Positions 53,085-64,000 of a DNA stretch of 64,000 bases are shown here, in pieces. The notes under the pieces were generated by a model that was not told where the DNA came from, made no database searches, and was given only the letters and a program-made list of their open reading frames with translations. Numbering within the stretch: the first letter of the stretch is position 1; the number at the start of each line of letters is the position of its first letter. The translations under genes and the position numbers were made by a program. Source of the stretch: Kudoa neothunni (lineage: Eukaryota > Animalia > Cnidaria); the NCBI GenBank assembly GCA_964304625.1, contig OZ199838.1, forward strand, positions 9,389,245-9,453,244, in the 5' to 3' direction.

Positions 53085-55934
53085 CAGTAGACTTTACAAT
53101 GTAAAGTTTGTAATGCAGAGTTTATAATGCAGAGTATTATGGAGTTGAGTTTTTAATTCTCCTTCCAATTTAACTAAGGGGGTATGACGTTGTATTCGTT
53201 TTTCAAGGGTTTTGAGAAAAATAAATGCTAGCTAATCTAAACATATTTCTTAATTAATAAAATGTTATTTTGAAAATTTGAAAGAAATTTGGCGCGAGAT
53301 AATTATGACAAAAAACTAAATTATTTGTAAAAAATTAGTTGATTCTTTTGAGTTAGAAGAGCTTTTCTTATTTTTCTTAAGATATACTTGATTCTCAATA
53401 AAACATGTAATTTTTTCTTCAGTTGGAATCTGATCCTTCAGGAAGAAAATTATTATCATAGATGGAATGAGTTGAAACATTTTATTCGCGTTTCTCAGTT
53501 TTTACCATTGTAGGGAAGAACATATTTTAACCTTAACGATGTGCATCCGCAATCGTTTATGCTTTTTTTACCTTAAAAAATTTCATTTGTTTGTGGATCA
53601 AACTGAGTTCATTCTTTAAAATTTTGTGTATTTAATTATTTTTATTCCTTCGCTGATGCTTTAAATTTGTTTAACTACATTTATTATTGGAAACAAGATT
53701 CGATCTATTGATACTAATAGAAAATTAACTTATAGTTAATAAAATATTTGACTGTGACAAAACTTGAAATGGCTGTGTGTACAATTGATGACATCCTTTA
53801 ACTAACTTACAGTAATTAATCCTATCATTTTTACGGCGTAGAATATAAGATCGCTATTTTAAGAGTTTTCTAGTGGAAGATGTTAGGCGAATAAATTCTA
53901 AAGTTGACCTTAGACAACAATTATTAGATTTATTAATTGTGTAATTGTTTTTGATGTTCGCGTGGAATATAAAATAATCCTATAACCACCACACAGGATT
54001 TAGACGGATTAATGAATGATATTTATCTCAAATTTTCTAATTAGGCTTCTATTTTTATTCAATCATCGTTTTAACGTAAAATTTTACAAGCCAATTAAAA
54101 AAGATCTATTTTTCCTCACAAATTTCGTCGAAATAAAATGTAATTTTAATCTTATATACGAAAATGTTACTTAGAATGAGATAAACTACGCTCTATCCCA
54201 GCACCACCCAACTCTAATTGAACTCACGCCCCCTTTTTAATAAGGGAACGAAATCCGTAACCTTCTACATACCTTCTATATACGATCTGGTGTAGCTCAT
54301 TAAAAATTTCGGGTATAATTAATCAACATGCAATGTAGAACTAACTCCAGAAATTTCGGTAATTTTATTGTACTGCTCTAGTGTAATTTTAATATTTTAA
54401 AATTTGTCGATAATATATATGATTTTGTTAACATTTAATGTATTAATAGTCAGACCCATTTCAAAGTTAATTAGATAATTTGTAAGTTTCAATTATTAAT
54501 GTTTTGAATTAAATGCTTCTCGTAAGATATTTCTGCTTTATATTATAAGAAAAAATATCAATAATTTATTTAAAAATATTTCAAATTGTGATCCAATCTC
54601 GTATCTCCCTCCAGTTGGGAAGCACTTCTCTGTCTTGATCTGTGGAAATGTGTTAATATTTCAACCTGCTGAAAAAAGATGTAAACCCACTTTTCAGGTT
54701 TAAAACCAACTTGGTGGTAAAACAACCTGCTTTATTAGATTGTTATAACTGCCAGCATTGATTATAATTAAATAGAGCAATTTATTCTGACTTCCTTTGT
54801 TCTCTTGGTTACACTGAAATCAAAATTTAACCTTGAAATTTAAAATTATATTTTATGACTTCTTCATAATATAACAAAACGAAAATTCTCGAACATGTAC
54901 TTGATATTAGCTGTATTGTCTTAAAGGATGACATCGAAACGGCATATCTATTGCTTAAATCAAATAATAAAGGAGACAAACTAACTAATTTATTAAGTTA
55001 ATGTGTGCTTATTAATAATCTGAAGCATTTTCATTTCGAAGCTTGTTATTATTGTATACAAAAATGGGTGAAATTGCGTTAAATGCGTAATGTTATCCAT
55101 TTTACAAAATGATCTTCCTAGAATAAAAAATGGAAGAATCCAATTAAGCTAGATCCCCTTTGCTATTCAATAATCTGCTAAATGTTACATATGATTTTGG
55201 ACTTACGTAACTAAAAATTATATTCTTACCATAATATCGTAACGTTACCAAAATACAACTTCTTAATTTAGTCTAATGCAAATATTAGTCTTATCTTTTA
55301 CCATGCATATAAAATTTTCCACTAAACATCCAACAATTAATTAAATATTCATATATTTAAACAATTAATTTATCGCATTAAGTTGTATATAATCAAAATT
55401 GTTATTCGCCCATCTTATTAAAACAATCGTTTTAAAACCCTAAAAACTTAGATTTAAAGAGTAATGTATCGGGCCAATGCATGCTTCTATTAAAAGTTTG
55501 AAACAAACCTTGAATGTTCTCCCGTTAATTGGCCACGCCTACTTTTTTATACAGAAAAGGGCTAATGAAGCTAGTAATGCCTTACCGAACGATTATCGTT
55601 TCCATAAATAAATTATTGTTTTGCTATTGCTGATCTAAATATCATTTGTCGATTCAAAACCTGTCGTACGTGATTTAACGTTTGTCAGGGATTTAAATCG
55701 ACGAGTTCAACGATTAAGAAGTTTCCTTAATTATTTACTTCGTCGTTTAAATAATCGACAATGACGGTTGTTGTTTTTATACTAAGATAATCTTATTATA
55801 CAAAATTATATAAGTTCAGTTTTCTTTACGAAATAGTACTTTTATGCGCTTATAATTAAATCTGTTTTATTACTGATGCGTCTCCCATAATTTCAAGGAC
55901 CAACTAACAAACCACCCTAAATCTATCTTTTAGT

Positions 55935-57943
55935 GAATGGGATTTGATTAATGACTTTGATCATTTAATTGAAAAGAAAACTTGTTCCCTCTCAACCAGC
56001 AATTATGGTGCTAAGTTGTCAAATTGCAATAAATTGAAAAAACATGTCAAAAATAAATTTTCCGGATCATCGGCCGAATATTTCACTCTACCTCCCAGCA
56101 ACAGTTGTCATTCGACACTTGAGACGAACAGTGGTGATTGTGTATCAAGTAGTGGAGGCGTGCAGTCATCGAAGCTAGCTCAACCAAGACTTCTGACAAC
56201 AACATCACTTCAAAATATCTTTTCCAATGAAATTAGAACTTCGATTCGCAGCAATTCCAAGACAAAAATTAATGATGATTCCACGTTATTGTTGAAGAAC
56301 AACAGTAGGAGCGGTTGCGATTTTTCAAGCCCTTTTTTCAACATTACCAACACTATCCAAAATAACAATACTTCTGGTCAAATTGTCTCCAATGAAAAAC
56401 ACTGTCATATTAGAAAACGACTTTTTGGAATTGTGAATGATGGAAACGAAAACAATGCCCCGAACATTAACACTGCCACTTGTGATGATCTTTTTTCCAG
56501 TGAGTTGGAAAACCCCATTTATCCAGATATCATTGGGGATGATAGTAAATCATCTCAGCCAAAATCCGATAAATATGCTGTTTCCACAAAACAAAATTTC
56601 TCGACTGATCTCACCAACTCGCCCTTATCAGGCGAATTTTCAAATATGAGCATGATGATGGATGATGTTTTTCAAGAAACTTCATCCAAAGTGTTGTCCC
56701 ATAAGTTGTCACCATTCTTCCTCCCCAAAAAATCGTTTTCTCCGAAATTGTCCACAGATAATAATTTTATATCCAAAATTGGTGTGGTTAAAAGGGAATT
56801 CATTTCAGCTGATTTTGCTAAAAACAACTCACCATTTTCGAGATTAGCCAACGAAACAAAAAAAGTAATCCATCATTGAATTTTTCGTCTGTCTGTCTGT
56901 CTGATGTACATTAATTTGTGTTTGTTAGTTGAAAATATGTGATCGAACCTACAGTAGCGTGTGCGGAAATGGAGGGGAGGCATCTTATAACTGTCAAATC
57001 AAACCTAATAAATTATGTTCTTCAACGGAAACCCAATGGCTACCCCTACCTATAAACGATGTTAAATCCTATTCGAATGATACTATTAAAAAATCTTTCG
57101 ACAATACGAATGTTAGGTGTCACAAAACCGTTTCACAATTAATGCTTCCCAGAACCACTCCTACTTCAAATGAACTATCCAGCCCCAATGCTGGCCCACA
57201 AAAACGCCTAATTGGTGATAAGAGTAGATATTCTGCGTTCCCAGTAACTCCAGGAGATCACAACGACCTTTTGACTTTGCCTTCATCCACACTCTCCAAA
57301 CTCGTCCAGTCACATTACGATCCTGAATTAGACATTATCCACAATGATATCCACAACGTTATTGTGATTGATTGCCGTTATCCATATGAGTATAAGGGTG
57401 GTCACATCAAAAGTGCTATCAATGTGTACACGATAGAAGATCTTCATAATCAGTTCATTAAAAATGCCAAATCGAAATTGTTCGACAAGAATGGCAAAAC
57501 TCCCATTCTTATTTTCCATTGTGAATTTTCGTCTAAAAGAGGTCCCCGATTGTAAGCGTTAACTCGTCACTGTTCTAATTTGATTTTATCTAAATTTAGA
57601 GCTAGATCACTTCGAAATTTCGACAGAAACATTCACAAAAATTGCTACCCCAAATTGTTCTACCCTGAAATCTATATTTTAAAGGGTGGTTATGCTAATT
57701 TTTATAGTCTCTCTGCCGTAATTTAAACCTCAATTGTGTTTCAAGTATAATTTTTCGTTGTAGAATTTGTGCACCCCTCAGAACTATATTCCCATGGACG
57801 ACAAAAGATACACGGGACGATTGGCGTTGTACCGGAAAGAAAGCAAGTCGTCTTTCTCCGATATCCATCATGAAACGACCACGACAACAAAACCCGATAA
57901 CAGCGCAAGTCACTTTCCAGTTTTTAGACGACGAATTCTTTGA
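55935..57943 (+). CDS. CDC25: M-phase inducer phosphatase CDC25/string; introns 56865-56928, 57552-57599, 57718-57763; 5' end unresolved
   Basis: LIGDKS, VIDCRYPYEYKGGHIKSAIN, catalytic IFHCEFSSKRGPRL, YPKLFYPEIYILKGGY, CTPQNYIPM; long Ser-rich N-terminus. Confidence 0.93.
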
Positions 57944-58167
57944 TGATTTCATCATCGTCACATTGAAACAGTCTTTGTTTTTTACTATTCCAACAGTGTT
58001 CGATGATAGTCATCTTACTTTCGTTTTTTTGGCTTCAACCCAACACTTATATGTTGTTTTAGTTTTTTCTATGTATTCTCCGTGTGTTTTTTCTTGCTTC
58101 TAATATTAATCGGCCATTTGAAATATACAAACTGTAACGTAATATTTTCCGCAACATTGTTTTAATC

Positions 58168-58907
58168 CAGTGTTCCACATCGTGGGACCCATGCCCCACT
58201 TTGGGACGTAAACAATTTTGATGGGCGTGGAAATTTTTGAACGTTTAATGAACCGCTCTGGTGGGAGGCGGAAAATCTGATTATTGGGTGAGACGGATAA
58301 TGGTGAGATAATTAGGGGAAGTATGGCTTACTTTGAAGTCAACATCGCGATTTTCGATTTTGTTTATTTTTAAGTGACGGTTAAGTTAATATCATAAAAT
58401 ATACAAAAAGGAACGACTAATTACATAAAAGTCATTATTAATATTTAACGTGTTTATCACCCGAATAGAATCAGAAAGGTTTGAATATCAAACTTGTCTC
58501 CTCTAGAATCATATATCCTCTTTCTTTGATTAACCTAACATAATATTGATTAATTCTGTATTTCTATTATTTATTTCCGGTTTATTAGCCCAGTATACAC
58601 GAAAGTCCTTCATAACGAAGGTTAAATTACCACGAATTTCAGTTCACGTTGTTTTTGACGGAATGAAGAACTAAACACGTTAACTTTTAAGTTCTATCAA
58701 TAAATTAAGTTAGATCTGATCGAATAAATTTTAATTTGAATGAGAAAAGAAATATATATTAATTTCTTTCAATTTTTATGATGAGGAGTTTTATTCAAGG
58801 TAATCAACAGTTTAAGATTAAAAATCAATACTTTTGAACAAGGTGGGGCGTGGAACTTTTTTTCAAGAAAAAATGGAGTGCAACAGAAAAAAGGTTAGGA
58901 AACACTG
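58168..58907 (+). mobile_element. hAT-type MITE family A, copy 3
   Basis: CAGTGTTCC...GGAAACACTG; TSD TTTTAATC/TCTTAATC (7/8). Confidence 0.9.
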
Positions 58908-59403
58908 TCTTAATCATTGATTCCATTTTTATTTGAACCAAGATTATTTTATTCGTCGTAGGTTATTACGGATCGAATTCTTCATTTTTGTTTCAAACAC
59001 GCTAAATTATTAAATAGCTAGAATATATTAAAACTAAGACTAAAATGTGAGGGTAAGCGTTTAAATTAATCCAATGATCGTTAAATTTTAGCATTCCAGT
59101 TCCTTAGATTTCATAATCTTAGATTAAATTTTCAGTCTTAAAATAATTTAATTTTTCGAGCCACGTAAAATCATGATTATCAATAAGTGGGAATTGAAGT
59201 CAGTAATTCATATTTTCAATTATACTTAGTCTCACATAGCCATTTAACAAATGACCTAAGAGAAAATAATTTGACAAAAGTTTATTTTCCCACATATTCA
59301 AAACAATATTTAATTCGTCTAATTAACCAAATTATTGATTGGGCCAAATTAGCAAAAATTTTCAGCTTTATACAGCGGTAATCATTAAGTTGTCGTAATA
59401 CCT

Positions 59404-60339
59404 CAGCGCTACCCGATTCATTTTGGTTTCCGCATCCCTCTCAAAAAAGAAATTTAAAATGGATTTATTTTTAGGTGGAGAAAGTATTTTTATTAAAATT
59501 AAAAAGGCCACCTACGTTAACAAGAAAACAAATGTGAATAAAGTAAATAAAACTGATAATAAATAAAATGGTTTGAATTTTTGTCTCGTTATTTTGGACA
59601 ATAATTAGGCCAAAATGGGATCCTTTATCAGATAAAGATATGAATAAATCATAATTTGTAAATACATTAGATTTTCTGATATTTTTGTGAAAACTATCAG
59701 ATACGAATAACTGAGCTCACGCAACATTTTGGATTTCGTTGTTTTTTGTTTAATTATAAATTTCGAAATTAAATGAAGCAAATAAATATGTTATCCAATC
59801 TCGAATGTAAAGTTTAACCTTGTATAATTTAACAAAAAAGTAACTTTATTTTGGCGCTAATTAAAGTTTAATTCTTAAATGCCTTATAATTTACTTAAGA
59901 ATAATAAATAATACAATTTTTATCAATTCAACCTATTTTACAACATTTTATAATTGGTTTATCTATTCCCTTGAAATGTAAATATTTCGTAATTTCTTTG
60001 CATTCGGCTATTGAAGATCTGAATTTAAATAATTGATTTATAAATGAAAAAGAAATAAATTATCATTTTTATTTCATATAATTATAAAGAGAAAGCAGTA
60101 TATTAAAAACATACACTAATTTTTAGTAAAATTCATTAAATGACTCTGTCTACCAGACTTATTTTAGCTTCGATTGCGCACGAATCGTACATGATATATT
60201 TTTGAGAGAGATTCTGATTATTTGGAATCGATACATTATGTACAAAGCATGTTTAGCCGCACAATTTTTTCGTTGACTCTAGATGCGAGTCTCGGATCCC
60301 AAGTAACTGTCTCCGAGAACCCCCAATCGGGAAGCCCTG
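59404..60339. mobile_element. hAT-type MITE family B, copy 2
   Basis: CAGCGCTACCCGAT...ATCGGGAAGCCCTG; shares TTCGATTGCGCACGAATCG and GAGTCTCGGA.CC.AGTAACTGTCTCC with copy 1. Confidence 0.85.
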
Positions 60340-60630
60340 TAAATCTTCACGATTCCAACAGGCATCGGAGAACATGTGCTTTCCCTTGTCATGTATATTT
60401 TGCAATTATAGTGCGCACGAACTCTGAATGAAATTACTTTTATTCCAAACATTTTATTTTATAATAAAATAATAAATATTTATTGTGAAACAAAAAATGT
60501 TAGTTACTTCATCATTCCATATACAACTTATGAATTAATAGATTCTATTTTGGAATAAAAGCGAGAAAAAATTGTCTATTCAACAGCTGCAATAAGACAT
60601 ATCAGACAAGAAAAAGACTATACAACAATA

Positions 60631-61070
60631 TTACTTTGGCTGTAAAACAGCTTTATTTTTAGGATCCTCGAATGGAGACAAACTCAGAATAATACTCATG
60701 GCAGGAACTTTTCCACTGCGTTTACGTTTTCCAGCTTTCTCAGTGAGATATTCGGTATCTTTTAACATTTGATTGGCTTCAAAAATAAAGTTTTGTTGTG
60801 TTAATATCCATTTTTCGATGTTATTATTATTATTATTCTAAAATAATGTTCAATAAATGCCTGGCATAAGTAAGTTACCCTTTTCCATGCACATTTAACT
60901 TTCTCAGCAATTTCCACCACAAAATTTATCATAGCACCCATTCCGGTGATTTTGACGTATTTTTCTGACTTGAGCACTTCTAGAGCTATCGATTTTAACT
61001 TTCTTTTATTATCGCCAAATTTGACAATCACTTCACCATTCTCAAATTTATCTGGAGGCGTCCCATCCAT
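60631..61070 (-). CDS. RPP25: Alba-domain protein, RNase P/MRP subunit p25-like; intron 60838-60878
   Basis: VKITGMGAMINFVVEIAEKVK and VPAMSIILSLSPFEDP...LQP match the Rpp25/Alba pattern; 41-nt phase-0 intron. Confidence 0.75.
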
Positions 61071-61226
61071 GGTAAATGTAATTTATTTACAAACTAAAAA
61101 ATGACATAAATCAAAGTTACTTAATAGAAAAGTTATCTACAAATAAATAATAATAAAAAATGTAATTTACATTGGAGGCAATACTTTTAGCCAAAATATT
61201 CGTTAACATTCGTCGCTACCTCGGAA

Positions 61227-63425
61227 ATGTCAAACTCCAGAAAAGATAGGAAAATGTAACGAATTTAACCATTAGAATTGCCTCGATAAATATTTAGGGT
61301 TATAGCACCTTCGGTTGCTGAGTGGAATAATGACGATCTTGCGAACGATCCCACAGAAAATGGTAATTCTGCTATTTAGGGTGATTTTCTAGTGATTTCC
61401 CTATTTAAAGCAACTGGTACCTCAGCCGTACACTCACTGAGTGTAGAAGAAACAAAGTTACCGAAATATATACATCTGTAATATTTTAATTATGCATCTA
61501 GTAAATTGAGAGCCAAGTTGGGTTTGAAACCACTTGTAATTGATGAGCAAGATTCAACCAATGAGACTGAGACAAAAAAAGAATGGACTCATGAACCAGC
61601 CAAGAATATTGGTCAAATTCAATCACAAGAAAAGTTGCGCGAAAAATTAGCCAATCTCAAAGAAAAACGACAGCATATTAAACAATTTGGGTTGATTATT
61701 TTAAAATATAATCTTAAATGTTCTATTTGTTATTAGGGGTGTGAAAACAATTTCCGATCAAGTTAATGACGATGATCTCAACGACACAAGTTCGTGGGTT
61801 CAAAAGATGAGAAGAATCCAATCTCAAAATACCGCCAAATTCAATAATTCAGCATCTACCTCAGCATCTGCTAATTCAGCCTCTCTTCTGACAAATCAAC
61901 AACCCACTACAGATGGTCTTGCTATTGCTCATAAGCTTACTGAGTTCGACAACAACAACGATAATGATTCTATTCTCGTTTTGAAAGATTCAAGTATTAA
62001 ATCCTATAAATTTAATTTTGTCATGCAGCAATTATGTATAGATGTACTGGACGATAATGAAGATGTTCTTGAGAACCCACATCTAAATGAAATACGACAA
62101 GCTAAACGTAATGTGCAAATGAGAAGTAACAAAAGTGATTACAACCCATACGGCGATGATGAGGACCATCTGGATATTGATCAAAGCTACAATGTTGAAG
62201 TAAATTTTCTTATAACTAATTGATTGGTATTTATAGTAACTCTGTTTTAGGATAGAAACAGTAGTGATAGACTTTTGTCAAAATACAATGAACAGATTAA
62301 CGATCAACCAAAGATACCTTTGATAAGAATTGGTCAAGAGGGATTGTTGTCTGTGGACGGACAGATTGTATCTGTTTCAGAGCAGTTACGACTTAAATAC
62401 GGTTCACAAGCGGTATGTCAATGTTTTTATGCGCCTAATCGACTTTTAAATTGCTTTTTAGATCTCTTTGAATTCTTCCAAGAAACAGCCATCAGCGCTA
62501 AATGATTATTACTCACATGAGGAAGTTGTTAAAATGAAACCTCGAAAAAAGAGAAGAGTTAAGTCCAAAGTATTATTTGATTTTATGATGGGTAGTTGAA
62601 TGTAAAGAGGAATATCTACTAGCTTTTATCAAACGAAATAAAACTTGAAACTCATTCAACAACGGTAGACGAAATTGTTGATTTTCACAAAAGAAAGCTT
62701 ACCAAAACTTCCAATGGTAAATTTTATTAGCTAGTTTATTTATGATTTTATTGTATTAATTGAAGAAGAAAACACCGATGAAACCATTGATTCTTCGATT
62801 ATTGATCCTGCTTATGATGAATTGGAGACTTTACTGGCTAATAGTAGAGCAAAAATTCAACGATATGAACATCCTGTGGTTAACATTGGTGAAAAGGTAT
62901 ATAACTTAACTGCAGTGAGATTTAATTATTGGTATAAGTATGCGGAGAATCGATTGAACTAAGCTTTGTAGTTTTTCATTATTATTTTTTGTAAATATGA
63001 TAGATAAATGACGAATTTTGGTTTGTTTCATTTAAATAATTATTATTTTGAAAATTATCCATATATTAAGCCGTAATGGTTTATTGCAATCCCATTTAGG
63101 AAGCACTGTTTTAAAATACAATTACCACGCATTATTTAAGTTATATATTCCCTTTTTATAGCTTTTATAAACAATTTTATGTTAAATTAACTGTAACAGC
63201 TGGATAGTCGTATACATGCAACAGTTATTTATTATGTTTTACACTATCATCGATGCGATTGTAAAGTTTTTATTCGGATTTAGGTTTATGAGCAATCAAT
63301 CAATAACTACACTGATGCAAATGAAGTGGAAATGGAAGTAAAAGAGGAGGATGTATTGGTCATGGATGATACAAGCGAGTTTGTAAGGTCTCACACAACA
63401 AAAACATTGATCGATCAAACGAAAA
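61227..63425 (+). CDS. SART1: U4/U6.U5 tri-snRNP protein SART1/Snu66; at least 11 exons, continues beyond the window
   Basis: HIND motif SLSVEETNKLRAKLGLKPL (spliced), DDTSSW-like NDTSSWVQK, LVLKDSNVLD..EDVLEN, YNPY, LLSKY, DTSEFVRS. Confidence 0.93.
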
Positions 63426-63459
63426 GTAATTTTTTACAATTTAATTACTCTCGTTGATA

Positions 63460-63793
63460 ATAAAATTTAAATGAGGTCGGCTTTTACCCGCTGTAATTTT
63501 CTTCCTATACACTCCTATTATAAGTAGAATTAAAGTAAAAAAATCAAGTTATAAAATCTGAATATCCCAACATTATCTTTTTTTGTACGCATTTATGTAC
63601 CTATTTAATTTTTTATTTTAATTTGAGCCATATTGCCCAATTATATCACCATTATCCATATCATGCCAATGCTCAGGATTTTTCACGTCCCACCAGAGCC
63701 GTTCATTAAATGTTCAAATATTTCCGTGCCCGCAAAAATTTGTTCACGCCCCATCTCACCGGGGGATCGTGATCTCTATGTTGAGAAACATTG
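63460..63793 (-). mobile_element. Partial family A MITE in a SART1 intron, followed by another hAT-like end (CAGGGGCTGTCAACC at 63802)
   Basis: CCACCAGAG.CGTTCA.TAAA.GTTC shared with ~53005 and (rc) ~58240; ends GAGAAACATTG. Confidence 0.7.
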
Positions 63794-64000
63794 CTCTATA
63801 CCAGGGGCTGTCAACCATTTTTTCCATTTTACCCTCGTAACGTGGAAGCCAAATTCATATTCATTTTAAGATTTTATACTGGTTTAGCTACGACATAGGC
63901 TATTTGCGAGGTAAATCCTAATCCTAAAAGCATGTACACCTGTGTTATGACAATTTATAATATCAGAAACTCTTACTCACAAGCTGTTTACCGATTGAAT

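Noticed and set aside
54190-54280. Faint tRNA-like B box on minus strand
   Set aside because: No cloverleaf; too degenerate to support.
57695-58103. ORFs 57695-57961 and 57870-58103
   Set aside because: Shadows of the CDC25 last exon and 3' UTR.
1-64000. Alternative genetic code (in-frame TGA/TAA in several frames)
   Set aside because: Stops occur in decayed elements that also have frameshifts; spliced host genes read without internal stops in the standard code.
1-64000. CRISPR array, telomeric array, rRNA, intact tRNA, TnpB/Fanzor cargo
   Set aside because: No regularly spaced repeats, TTAGGG runs, rRNA motifs, complete cloverleaf or RuvC/zinc-ribbon ORF seen.

Overview
AT-rich eukaryotic (animal-type) nuclear DNA. 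Eight host genes are spliced with mostly 40-70 nt GT-AG introns: a beta-1,3-galactosyltransferase, HLCS, AURKAIP1/mS38, SAMD8/SMSr, a calmodulin-like gene, PRPF38B, CDC25 and RPP25, plus a 3'-incomplete SART1. The proteins are strongly diverged, suggesting a fast-evolving compact genome; I cannot name the species. Roughly half the window is decayed transposable elements: MULE, several piggyBac families, hAT elements and MITEs, pogo/Tc1, a Helitron, a tRNA-derived SINE and a Gypsy element. One 9.4 kb stack (14427-23783) has piggyBac-type ends and holds a Gypsy with a solo LTR in gag, a hAT, a second piggyBac and an orphan ORF. The most unusual signals concern splicing. Only about 7 of 32 hand-checked donors have +5G, and an unannotated U1-snRNA-like structured locus flanked by an 11-bp direct repeat lies at about 38300-38480. 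All protein and RNA assignments come from motif recognition by eye; no searches were run.
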